This document shows positions 53,104-62,850 of a stretch of DNA of 64,000 bases, one piece after another. The DNA comes from a virus. The first letter of the stretch is position 1. Each line of letters starts with the position of its first letter. The notes under the pieces are model-generated. The model made no database searches and had not been told where the DNA came from. It saw only the letters and a program-made list of their open reading frames with translations. The stretch spans positions 96,001-160,000 of IMG/VR virus record IMGVR_UViG_3300029319_000003. One strand, given 5' to 3'. The position numbers and the translations under genes were made by a program.

Positions 53104-54366
53104 TCAAGTAGAGTCAGATGACACATTCCAAGAAAGTACGAAACCAAGCCCGGTTGAGCCGAGTTCTTCATTATCTGCGAGTGTACTGCCATCATCCTTA
53201 AGAGAGCCAGAAAACGGAAGTCGCGCAGCCGATTCATTATCTGTGTTCGCGGGTACAATCCACTCTACAATAATACCATCAGCGCCAGCGGAAGCATAAT
53301 CCAAAGAAGCCTTCATGTCGATAGTACCGGCAGTCTGTGCAGTACTGGCAGAACCTGTGGCAGCGCTCATGCCCGTGATAGCAGTAAGAGTGGTACCGTT
53401 GAGTTGCCAGACGCGCATTGAATCGCCATCAGCAAGAGCACCGTACAACATTAAGTTAATTGCTTTACCAGAAGCCCATGACTCGGGCTTGATTGTGAGA
53501 TAAGCAGCGGTACCGCCTCGGCTGACTCCATTGAAGTCTTGGTGATACTTTACAGCAGGACCGGCAGGGTCAAACAAAAGACCAGTGTCATCAGTGATAA
53601 CTGTTCCACCGCCCTTGGTCGTACTGGCACGCTCATCGAGAAAGTGAAGGGCATGTGTTCCAGCAGCAGCGACAGCGGCAACGCCGCCGACAAAGTTTGT
53701 TGCGGTAGTTGTGGCAACGCCAGACATATCAACAGCAGTGTTGCCAGAGGAACCAGCAGCCTGCTGGGTTAGAGTCATCCCCCCAGAACTGGTTTCAGTG
53801 GGAGTTATTGCAGCATCGGAGGCAGTAATTGCTGCTCTAATCCTATCTCCGACTGCCGCTGCTGAACCAGTCGCACCACTAACCCCGATGATAACATTGG
53901 AGCCGTCCTTGGTCCCATCTACAGTTGAAACGCCGGTCTTAAAAACAAATGTCACTGCTGTTCCAGCAGCATCCGTAAGGGTAAAGGTTTCGTCGTTGCC
54001 GGGGTTTCCAGTGGTGGTAATTGTTGCAGTTGCAGCCTCGGCAATATCAGTATCGGAAAGCCCAGAAAGCAGCCCATCACCAGCCTCCATCTTTGTGGAA
54101 GTCGATTCCCAAGAAGACACTCGACCCTTCAAATCATCAAGCAGGATTTTATCACCATTTGTAAAGGGACGCTTTGGTCCATCGTACATGTGGTCCGACA
54201 ACATCAGCAGATCTAAAAGATACTCTTGTCCATTCGCAATCTGCGTAGCGGTTAAAGCCTGTTCTGTCTTGGTTGCTTCTGTGCCACCTACAACAGAACT
54301 GCTGTAAAATTTCTTATGAAGTCGAGCGAACGCCCCACCTAATTTTCTCTTTCTTGGGTTTCCCAT
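53104..54366 (-). CDS. Virion protein with one sheath-insert-like module (420 aa)
   Basis: ATATITTTGNPGNDETFTLTD..GVSTVDGTK..LTQQAAGSSGNTAV..NFVGG. Confidence 0.6.
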   Translation of the reverse strand: MGNPRKRKLGGAFARLHKKFYSSSVVGGTEATKTEQALTATQIANGQEYLLDLLMLSDHMYDGPKRPFTNGDKILLDDLKGRVSSWESTSTKMEAGDGLLSGLSDTDIAEAATATITTTGNPGNDETFTLTDAAGTAVTFVFKTGVSTVDGTKDGSNVIIGVSGATGSAAAVGDRIRAAITASDAAITPTETSSGGMTLTQQAAGSSGNTAVDMSGVATTTATNFVGGVAAVAAAGTHALHFLDERASTTKGGGTVITDDTGLLFDPAGPAVKYHQDFNGVSRGGTAAYLTIKPESWASGKAINLMLYGALADGDSMRVWQLNGTTLTAITGMSAATGSASTAQTAGTIDMKASLDYASAGADGIIVEWIVPANTDNESAARLPFSGSLKDDGSTLADNEELGSTGLGFVLSWNVSSDST

Positions 54367-54465
54367 TGTTTTTATTTCCTCCGATATTCAATCTCAAGAT
54401 TGTAATAATCTACACTACTATATAGTCTCATGTATTTGTATTTGCCTGTGATGTGGTGACTTTCT

Positions 54466-55332
54466 TTATAGACCAAGATCTTCTAGTTCTTCGTCACCAC
54501 CAAGGTCTTCTTCGCCACCTTCGACTTCGGCGTCTTCGCCTTCTTCATCGCCGGCTTCCATATCATCTTTTTCTTCTTCATACTCAGGAGTTGTAGGCTC
54601 TGGAAGTGTTTGAGACAGTTCGTCTTCAAACTTATCAAAATACAACTTAGCGTTCGTCAGAAGGTAATCATAAAATAAATTTTGATCTTCTTCGTTTGCT
54701 AACAGTGAGTATGCGTCAATAATTTGTTGTTCAATTTTATCAAAGGTTGCCTGAGCAAAGTTCCGTCCGGTTTGGTCTTCGCCATCAATTCCGAACTCTT
54801 CACCTTCTTCACCTTCCCCACCAGAAATATCAATAAATGCTCCGTCAGCGTCTTCGCCTTCTGAATCGCCACCAGCGGCTAACGCTTCATCGTCCACTGC
54901 AAGTTCAATTTCAACTTCATCAAGCGCGACCTCTTCCATTGATAATGGCTCATCCATACCGGGTATATCGCCACCCTCACCGGCTGACTTCGCGGCTTTA
55001 GCGGGGGCAATTGCATTCTGCATTGCGTTAACGATGTGAGCGCGGTATGACTCTCTTTGTGTAGGATCAGTAGTTAATTGCTTATAGTCAACTTCAATAA
55101 CGGGTACGATCTTCTTAAGCAGATCCGCAAGCACATTGATACCAGTAGAAGCGTGAGGAGCCTCTGAGTCAGTTTCCTCAACAAGAATGCTTCGGATTAA
55201 GGAACGCAACTTACGCTCTTGAATCAAGCGTGTGTCAACCTTATCTTTCCGACGCGACTTGACAACCTTAATTGCTCTTTTAATTTCTTCTCTGAGTTTC
55301 AACTCTTCAATGTATTTCGAACGCGAAATCAT
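54466..55332 (-). CDS. Hypothetical acidic protein (288 aa)
   Basis: Coupled ORF; very acidic linker and tail. Confidence 0.6.
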   Translation of the reverse strand: MISRSKYIEELKLREEIKRAIKVVKSRRKDKVDTRLIQERKLRSLIRSILVEETDSEAPHASTGINVLADLLKKIVPVIEVDYKQLTTDPTQRESYRAHIVNAMQNAIAPAKAAKSAGEGGDIPGMDEPLSMEEVALDEVEIELAVDDEALAAGGDSEGEDADGAFIDISGGEGEEGEEFGIDGEDQTGRNFAQATFDKIEQQIIDAYSLLANEEDQNLFYDYLLTNAKLYFDKFEDELSQTLPEPTTPEYEEEKDDMEAGDEEGEDAEVEGGEEDLGGDEELEDLGL

Positions 55333-57941
55333 AATCTTTCTCCCGCTTGTGATGCACTATAATTAGGTGCCGCTTTCTCTAAAATCAAATTTAATACTTC
55401 TTCAATTATACTTTCCGATTCGTCCAATGCGCCCTTATAACTGACTTTTGGATATTCGCGTGCAAGTTCTAGAAGTTCCCGAATCGGCATATCAACTCTA
55501 ATGACACCAAACATGCCACCCTCTTCCATCATCCGCACAGCCCACCATCTGTGGTGACCGTCAACAAGATAATTGTCACTTGAAATAATTGCAGGCTTGC
55601 CAAATGCTAAATACTCTTGAGACTTCGCTTGCATCATGCCATCGACTTTTTCCATATTCAATTCTTTTTGAATTGGTTTAAGATCCGCTACAGAAACCTT
55701 GTCTGGCTTTGAGGCGACACCTTGAGACTCCAGCCAAGATCTAAAATCCTGTACATCTCCTGAAGAAATTTGTGGCATCTCTTCTCGCGCCACACCCAAC
55801 GACTCGGGGAACTCTACAATGCCCGGTCCTTTAAGTTCTTTATAAACTCGGCGCACCTCTTCAGGGGCTTCTTCTTCGTGAGGGTCGTCAATGATTTCGC
55901 CGGATGAGCCAGAGGACACATCGTGTGCATCAGCAAATCCAGCCTGTTTATATTTCTTTTGCTTTTTGACAAATGCTTGCCCAGCATACCCCGAAACATT
56001 GCCGCTTTGAACATTGTTTATCTCATCCAAAGCCTCGTTGATCAACCGAAATAAATCGGCAGAGCGAAAGGATTCGGCAACTGCCTCCACCTCCGACTCT
56101 GGCTGTGGTTCATTAACCAAATCAGGGCGCACGATTTCCCACGCTAAATTAATTGCTTCGGGATTTTTCAATGGAGTGAACTTTGCAAACTGTTCTTTCT
56201 TACCGCATGCAATAAAGTCATCCCGCATTTGCGTCCCTGAGACGCCGCCCGCCATCATAGGAGTGTTGACCTGCTCAACGGTGATACCAAGTTGCTTTTT
56301 GTCTGCCCATGCTTGTGCATTTTTAAAGCGGTGGTCGGATTCATCTTTCTCGCCTTTGCCCAACATTACTATTGTGCCTTGTTCCATTTGCTCCATGAAG
56401 TCATAGGTTGATTTCACAGGACTCTCTGAAGTTGCAATAGAGGCAATGATTTTTCCTCTCAAACCATTTTCAGCGATGTAGAGTTTCCACAGTCTCAGCG
56501 ATTGTTCTTTTTTAATTTCTAGTCGTGTTTCCCCACAGTGACCTGCTCGCGGCTTTGGCGAGATAAGCACATGAACCATGTCAGCAGCGGGTCGCCCATC
56601 CTTACCAGCATCTAAAAACCACTTAGCGCCCAAGAAGTGTCCTGCGTGTGGAGGTTTAAATCCACCGGGAACAATAGCAATAACGCGACCACCAGTGGCT
56701 GTTTCATCGTCTCCTTCGGCTTCACCGAGAGCACGGGCTTCCCCGCGTCCGTATTTGAAAAGCCCAAGAATTTGGTTCATGGGTGCAAAGTTTCCTGTGA
56801 ACTTATATGTGATACCATCCCAGTCAAAAACAAATCCTTCGCTGGCAGTTTCAACATTTTCAACAGCCTTCAACTTTTCCATTTGTTTCTGTAGGATCTT
56901 CATGTGGGCTGCATTATCTTCAGCCGCTTCAATTCCCTGAATAGCCTTTGCAACCTCGCCTTGCAATCGCTTAACTTCTTTTTTATTGTCAAGAATAAAC
57001 GCGCTTTGCAGTCCCTTCAACATTGCCACGGCAAAATCGTGGATAGCGTTTTCTAGTGGTCGAATGATTTCTGATTTAATTTTACCAGTTTCCCCGACTA
57101 ATTCACGAACAGCAACCTTGCCGTCTTTGTCCAAGCCTTTATAAACATCTGTAAGTTTGACACCTTTGACGCCAAGCATTCTCTTCAGCAGGAGCATTTG
57201 GTTTTGGTCTGGAAGATCGGGCAATCGTTGGTCAATGATGGGTCCAAGTTTGGTAACCATGTATTGATCGATGCTCATGCCATCGTTGCCGCCCATCTTG
57301 TCAATCGCAGCGATGACCGACTTAAGTGCCTCATCGTTGTCGAGTGCTTTAAGGTTGCGAATGGCGTTCATTTGGACTTGGTAGTCGTCACCCTGAATAG
57401 CCGTTTGCATGCGCTCTAGTGCCCCTCTAAGCGCTTCTACGTTGCCGCTAACGTCTTTGTCCGTTACCTGTCCAGTTTCTCTGTCATACTCGGTGTGACC
57501 TTGCTGATGGATGACCAATCCCTTCACGTCATAGTTTACAACATTGGGGCTTGCCGGATCCATCACCTCGGCGTTATACCAGATATTTGCATCGGCACCA
57601 AAGATTGCAGATTGAGCGTCTGGGTCCAAACTTGCTGCTGCTTTTTCGAATGCCTGAAAAGATTTTACGAAAGCATCGCGAAGATTTGGATTGTCGTGTG
57701 AAGCAAACTTGTCTGCTAAACCTTGTGCATCGAGCCCGCCGGCTTTGATGTTGCCTTTGTTTCGTGCAGCCTTCGCTTTGTTTTCAGGAACAGAATAGGA
57801 GATCATAATGTTCTGACCGTCCACCTTTTCGGTGCCCTCTAGTTCACCGGCAGATGCCTTGCTCAGAATATTTTTAATATCACCAAATGTGAGATCACCA
57901 TTATCATATAGGTGATTCATATGTCCCTGTAGGGCACCCAT
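55329..57941 (-). CDS. Fusion: ATP-dependent ligase-like adenylation domain + HxGH nucleotidyltransferase + ParB/Srx domain (870 aa)
   Basis: TEKVDGQN (motif I), EGFVF..YKFTG (motifs IV/V); PGGFKPPHAGH..VSGTQMR; LKPIQ..IISSDNYLVDGHHRW. Confidence 0.7.
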   Translation of the reverse strand: MGALQGHMNHLYDNGDLTFGDIKNILSKASAGELEGTEKVDGQNIMISYSVPENKAKAARNKGNIKAGGLDAQGLADKFASHDNPNLRDAFVKSFQAFEKAAASLDPDAQSAIFGADANIWYNAEVMDPASPNVVNYDVKGLVIHQQGHTEYDRETGQVTDKDVSGNVEALRGALERMQTAIQGDDYQVQMNAIRNLKALDNDEALKSVIAAIDKMGGNDGMSIDQYMVTKLGPIIDQRLPDLPDQNQMLLLKRMLGVKGVKLTDVYKGLDKDGKVAVRELVGETGKIKSEIIRPLENAIHDFAVAMLKGLQSAFILDNKKEVKRLQGEVAKAIQGIEAAEDNAAHMKILQKQMEKLKAVENVETASEGFVFDWDGITYKFTGNFAPMNQILGLFKYGRGEARALGEAEGDDETATGGRVIAIVPGGFKPPHAGHFLGAKWFLDAGKDGRPAADMVHVLISPKPRAGHCGETRLEIKKEQSLRLWKLYIAENGLRGKIIASIATSESPVKSTYDFMEQMEQGTIVMLGKGEKDESDHRFKNAQAWADKKQLGITVEQVNTPMMAGGVSGTQMRDDFIACGKKEQFAKFTPLKNPEAINLAWEIVRPDLVNEPQPESEVEAVAESFRSADLFRLINEALDEINNVQSGNVSGYAGQAFVKKQKKYKQAGFADAHDVSSGSSGEIIDDPHEEEAPEEVRRVYKELKGPGIVEFPESLGVAREEMPQISSGDVQDFRSWLESQGVASKPDKVSVADLKPIQKELNMEKVDGMMQAKSQEYLAFGKPAIISSDNYLVDGHHRWWAVRMMEEGGMFGVIRVDMPIRELLELAREYPKVSYKGALDESESIIEEVLNLILEKAAPNYSASQAGERL

Positions 57942-57943
57942 CT

Positions 57944-58219
57944 TTAACTCTCCTTACTCTCTTCAAGAACCGAGAGTTTTTCTTCAAGCAAGGTCAACTT
58001 TTCTTCAGCAATTTGAACTTGCTCTTCTAACATTTTAACACGCTTGCGAACTTCTCGCAAGTGATTTTTTGCCATAATAATTCGGTTGCGCTCGGCTTTA
58101 GAGCGACCTTTCAGCGATTCAAGAAGATCTCCAATTGATTGGATGTATCCAGTAACAGTTGGCTTATCAGCCTTCCATTCGCCCAAAATAAACTTCTTTG
58201 TCATTCTATCAAAATTCAT
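57944..58219 (-). CDS. Hypothetical coiled-coil protein (91 aa)
   Basis: Heptad-like C-terminus; ACTATTTAT motif and SD GAGG upstream. Confidence 0.65.
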   Translation of the reverse strand: MNFDRMTKKFILGEWKADKPTVTGYIQSIGDLLESLKGRSKAERNRIIMAKNHLREVRKRVKMLEEQVQIAEEKLTLLEEKLSVLEESKES

Positions 58220-58254
58220 GATTGTGTCCTCGCCTATAAATAGTAAAAAATATT

Positions 58255-60300
58255 CTAACTGTTAGATCCTGTTAGAGTTAAACCGTCATATCCCTTGGTA
58301 ACAACATACGCTGACCCGCTCACTGTGTAACCACCGTTGTCAAACAACTTGATGTATGTAATGTTTGTAGTGCCGTGCGTAGCAACAGGAGTCATTCCAT
58401 TTGGACCAGCATGATCTTGCGTTAATTTAAAATATCCATCGCCGGCAGAACTGTGATCATCTGCGGTAATTGCAACTTTAGTTTGAGCATTCATTGTTGA
58501 AACAACTCTGTCAGCAAGTTGCTCATATCCAGTTGCGCCGCCTGATAGACCTGATAGACCCACTTCGTAGTACCCATCACCATCAATGACGGAGGCATCT
58601 GAAGTTGTAACCCCACCTTTGAACTTAAGGGTGATTGAGATGCCCCGAGCATCTTTAAAGGTCACGCGGCTGTTTGCATTGGGAAAACCAGTAAATCTTA
58701 GAATCATTGTTGCGTATTCATATGAGGCGTTTCGAAGCGAACCCGGTCCTTTTCGGTAAAGAGAGAATGGCACCTGCTCGATAGCCTTAGTGCCACCAGC
58801 ATCAGCGTGAGGAACGCCCTTAATGTGTTCTGCTGATAGTTGTTCAATCGTTGCATCACAAATATTGTATCTCTTCTCTTCGTCAATACAAGTTGGGCAA
58901 TGCACGTTAATGGTTACAGTTGATGTAGATTCGAAACCACACTCAGTTTTTATTTTCCAAGGAATGGTGACACTGCCTGACCAGTTGATAGGCGGGATAT
59001 AAGTCATAATTCCAAGCGCAGATGAATTCGAACCGCTTCCGTGACATGGGTGTGGATCGGTTCCATCAGCGCCATAGCCGGTGTTTGAAGGTCGCGGCGA
59101 GCCTCCGGTCGGATAGTATACCCCATCAGCACAAGGCTCGGCGGTGGTGGCATCGGGACAAGAGAAATACAATTGTCCCAAATCCGAACCGTTAGATGGA
59201 TCCAAAGTTGGGTTAGAGGTGGTATGGAAACATTGCGCTTCCGCTCCTCCAACTTGCCGTCCGTCGAGAGCAAAGGTAATATAATTTGTAGTGGGATCTG
59301 TAGTGCCTGTTGTTGTTAAATTGCAATCCACATAAAATGATTGATCAAATGTGCATGGATACAGGTTACAACATGGAATTGCAACCTCGGCGGCACCACA
59401 ACCATCAGTGCTAGCAAGATGTTCAAACTGCCATTCAGTCATTCTTGTAGATTGAAGTTGTTTGTCTTCTGCAATTGCATTTGATCCGGTATAATAATTC
59501 AACAGCGCTGGGTTTGTTGTCCACAAAAGAGAGCCGCATTTGGTAGTAGCAATAACCATATACTTGTATTTGTGAGATTGACACCCGTACTCACCGCCTG
59601 CTTCACAGTTTTTTGCAAGTGACCAGAATGTGCCGGGGGCTACACCATCTGTAATGCTGGCGAGCGAGTGCCCTTCGTCGTCTTCCGCTCCTGTACCTGA
59701 TGATCCAGTTAGGTGATGCTTGGTTGGAATCTTGCCAACAAAATATGTGGTTCTGCCCATAGGATACGTTGCCCATGAGCCCGTACCTGCGGTGCCGGGG
59801 GCTACCTGTACAGACGTACTGTCTTGAAAGGTTGTTGCAGTAGAACCAGTTGTATGAACCAGTTGCCAGTTGCCTCGTCCATATGTATTCCAATCTGCGG
59901 CTGTGACCCCTTCTCCATCATCAAATGGACCGGAACTGTGCAAACGCCAAATTTGAAGTTGGTCAATACTGTCTGTCAAGGGTGTTGGTCCCGACGTATC
60001 AGATGCCGGCGCAGACCAAGTTAAAGCGACAACAGCGTTGTATTCTACGCTTGTATCTTCTGGACAAGAGTCGGTATCGGATCTGATAGTCGCTGAGAGC
60101 GTGCGGCACAATGGTAAAGGATTACAATAAATCGTACCGGCTTCAGAATAAACAGGGCTGGTATTCTCAACATCGTGGGCGTTTTCTACTTTAGCGCCGA
60201 GGTTGTTGCAAACAACTTCGTGCTCTAAGGCTTTTAAATCGCCTTGCTCGGGACACTCAGAGCCAGCCCTAATGACCTTCGTTATAACAGGTATCGACAT
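58255..60300 (-). CDS. Cys-rich FN3/Ig-like virion protein with C-terminal sheath-insert-like module (681 aa)
   Basis: VALTWSAP..LQIWR..YKYMVIA FN3 pattern; about 21 Cys counted by eye. Confidence 0.55.
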   Translation of the reverse strand: MSIPVITKVIRAGSECPEQGDLKALEHEVVCNNLGAKVENAHDVENTSPVYSEAGTIYCNPLPLCRTLSATIRSDTDSCPEDTSVEYNAVVALTWSAPASDTSGPTPLTDSIDQLQIWRLHSSGPFDDGEGVTAADWNTYGRGNWQLVHTTGSTATTFQDSTSVQVAPGTAGTGSWATYPMGRTTYFVGKIPTKHHLTGSSGTGAEDDEGHSLASITDGVAPGTFWSLAKNCEAGGEYGCQSHKYKYMVIATTKCGSLLWTTNPALLNYYTGSNAIAEDKQLQSTRMTEWQFEHLASTDGCGAAEVAIPCCNLYPCTFDQSFYVDCNLTTTGTTDPTTNYITFALDGRQVGGAEAQCFHTTSNPTLDPSNGSDLGQLYFSCPDATTAEPCADGVYYPTGGSPRPSNTGYGADGTDPHPCHGSGSNSSALGIMTYIPPINWSGSVTIPWKIKTECGFESTSTVTINVHCPTCIDEEKRYNICDATIEQLSAEHIKGVPHADAGGTKAIEQVPFSLYRKGPGSLRNASYEYATMILRFTGFPNANSRVTFKDARGISITLKFKGGVTTSDASVIDGDGYYEVGLSGLSGGATGYEQLADRVVSTMNAQTKVAITADDHSSAGDGYFKLTQDHAGPNGMTPVATHGTTNITYIKLFDNGGYTVSGSAYVVTKGYDGLTLTGSNS

Positions 60301-60318
60301 TTATTTACGCTCCTTCAA

Positions 60319-62841
60319 TTAAAATAACACTGTTGTTATCAAACTCGCAGATGGAGCAACACAACATGGTACAATTTTATAATAATAGTTTTTGTTTGCA
60401 CATCCCGGTTCTGTTGGATTCGGTGCCATTGACCACTTTTGTTTTTCCGGTCCATCAATAAAATTGTCCCTTGGATCATTGTATGTCCATGTGGTAAAGT
60501 ACCCGCCGGCAAAGCCGGTGCCGCTCGCACCACCCTGCGTGGCATCATACACTGTTTTATCAGTTGTGGTTTGACCGGTTGTTGTGCCATCAGGGGGAGG
60601 AGAACCGGGAAGATATTTATTACCACTAGGGGTGACATTATAATATTGACCACAACCCGGCCTCATCCAATATGAGCCAGACAAAGGATCTATTGTATTA
60701 TACTTATTACCAATATGAACCCACGATGAGTCATCCTCGGGAGTTTGTGTTCGCCAAACCTCAAATCTGTGATAGCATTCACCAACGGTTCTCCAGCCTA
60801 CATCAATTGTTCCATATTTATCAAGTTCGGTGCAGTCATAACTATCAGTAAATACGTCAGTGACGGGTGCGGGCGGCATAACTACTTTAATAGAACCCGT
60901 GGCTCCGCAACACCCCTCTGGATCCCAAACTGTATATTCGTAATATTCGACGCCACAACAAGGATCCGCATTCCGTGCTCCTTCAGCAATGGCGTTAGCA
61001 GCACGCGAACCTTCTCCTTCTTTCCGATCAGGGCAATCGCTAAAGTTATCGTCACAGCAGCAGTTATTTTCAAATGTGAAAATGGGAGCACCAGTCACTC
61101 CAAAAAGTTGTTTCTCCATCCCAGCCATGCCAGTGATTGCCGGGTTGATAATGTTTGTCCGTGCAGACCACTGCATCCAATTTACATCTGAGACGCCGTT
61201 AACATTCGCAAAACTCAAAGCCTGCCAGCGCTTGAAAACTGGACCGGGATCGGTCATCATCAATTGCACACAGTTAGTGTTATTTGGGTTGACTTTTGCT
61301 ACTATTCTTAATCCCGTGTTAGTTCTATGCTTTAAGTCAACTGTCTCCCTAACATCGACATGATTAATTGCTTGGATTACTTTTGTCACTGTTGCGGCTG
61401 TGGTGCTCACACCATTCATAGGGATATATACAAACTTTAAATTTCTTTCAACTTCAGTTTTGGAAGTGTCGAAAATAAATTTTAGATATGTTCCATACTG
61501 GTCCTCTAAAATAAAATGATCGTTGTTATTTGGAACCTGAGAGAAGTCAAAATTAACCTGCGGAAATGTAGTACTCGCGCCCCAAACATCAAACCTTTCG
61601 GGAGGAGGAATTGGGATTGGCCACTTTTCAAGCATATCCAGAATTCGCTGGTTTACCCAGTCTTTTCTTGTAATGCGATCCCAGTCTGGCTGCTTGGTTT
61701 CCCAAGGTTCCCATTTTTCCCACTTGGGTATATCATCATTATTGCCAAATCTGCCGTCCCAAGGAACCTGTTCTCTTCGCATGCCAGACTCTGGATTAAA
61801 GTTATCCTGCGTCTCTTGTTGACCGTGAACCGACCAGCACTGCTCATCTTTCTGGCTTTTATATGTGATATTATAATCCATATGATACAAGGGGTAATCA
61901 AACATCTTGATCCCAACGCCATACCTATCTGTGACTGAGTATCCATGCAACTGAACATGATCCAGTAGGTTAATACTAAAAGAGGTGGTTTCAGAGCAAG
62001 ATGCGGTGACTTCAATATCGCTAGCGGTAATATATTTACAACACTCGACGTTCGCGACAACACAATCAGATTTTGTTTGGGCTTCTTGTGGCACATAGGC
62101 TTGACCATTATAAACAAACATCATTGCCTGCACCATATAGCCAAACTTCTTCTGAGTACCTTGAGGGCAGCAGCCCATTTCAGCAGATAAATCTTCAACA
62201 AACTCGGCAATGAATTGTCCAGAGAAAGTACTGTTGGCGTGGTCAATTCCGCTAGCCTTGAGTATCTTGTTGAATGTACCCTTGCAATCATTGTACCATT
62301 CAACATGATTTGGGGCGATAAAATAAGATGCTTCCGTACCATCGGCTGGTGCGTCAATAATATCTGCAACTCGCACATATCCATACTTTTGGATTTCTTC
62401 TTCGCTACACGGATTTGCTGTTATACTCAAAGGGGGAATTTTACTAACATCGAAATTTTTCCTTACAGACCAACTGTCGCTACGAAGTCTTACTTTTGTT
62501 ACAGTCGGATCATTCGCACCATATGATGGGTTATAGGGAACTTGCCCGCCCTGAGCAACAACCCGCTCTTCTTCACAGCAAGTTTGGCGTCCGTCTGGGC
62601 ACACTGTGACTGGTGTACGATAAACTCTATATCCAAAAAATGATTTCTGATTTTCGCCTGAACCTTGTACGAGGTCGCTGGCATCATCCCACTGCCACTG
62701 AAGTGCAATGTGCATAGGGTCGCTGCCGGCACAAGCAAAATTTGAAGCATGGGTTTTATAATCAAGAACACGAAGATTGGTGGTATAATTCCAATCTGTT
62801 TTGCACAATAAGTTTTCTGCTGAAGGGTTTGCTATTGCCAT
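60319..62841 (-). CDS. Cys-rich FN3/Ig-like virion protein (840 aa)
   Basis: ALQWQW..GYRVYRT and DVGW..FEVWRT..YYYKIV FN3 patterns; several CC/CCC motifs. Confidence 0.55.
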   Translation of the reverse strand: MAIANPSAENLLCKTDWNYTTNLRVLDYKTHASNFACAGSDPMHIALQWQWDDASDLVQGSGENQKSFFGYRVYRTPVTVCPDGRQTCCEEERVVAQGGQVPYNPSYGANDPTVTKVRLRSDSWSVRKNFDVSKIPPLSITANPCSEEEIQKYGYVRVADIIDAPADGTEASYFIAPNHVEWYNDCKGTFNKILKASGIDHANSTFSGQFIAEFVEDLSAEMGCCPQGTQKKFGYMVQAMMFVYNGQAYVPQEAQTKSDCVVANVECCKYITASDIEVTASCSETTSFSINLLDHVQLHGYSVTDRYGVGIKMFDYPLYHMDYNITYKSQKDEQCWSVHGQQETQDNFNPESGMRREQVPWDGRFGNNDDIPKWEKWEPWETKQPDWDRITRKDWVNQRILDMLEKWPIPIPPPERFDVWGASTTFPQVNFDFSQVPNNNDHFILEDQYGTYLKFIFDTSKTEVERNLKFVYIPMNGVSTTAATVTKVIQAINHVDVRETVDLKHRTNTGLRIVAKVNPNNTNCVQLMMTDPGPVFKRWQALSFANVNGVSDVNWMQWSARTNIINPAITGMAGMEKQLFGVTGAPIFTFENNCCCDDNFSDCPDRKEGEGSRAANAIAEGARNADPCCGVEYYEYTVWDPEGCCGATGSIKVVMPPAPVTDVFTDSYDCTELDKYGTIDVGWRTVGECYHRFEVWRTQTPEDDSSWVHIGNKYNTIDPLSGSYWMRPGCGQYYNVTPSGNKYLPGSPPPDGTTTGQTTTDKTVYDATQGGASGTGFAGGYFTTWTYNDPRDNFIDGPEKQKWSMAPNPTEPGCANKNYYYKIVPCCVAPSASLITTVLF

Positions 62842-62850
62842 TGTTTAATC

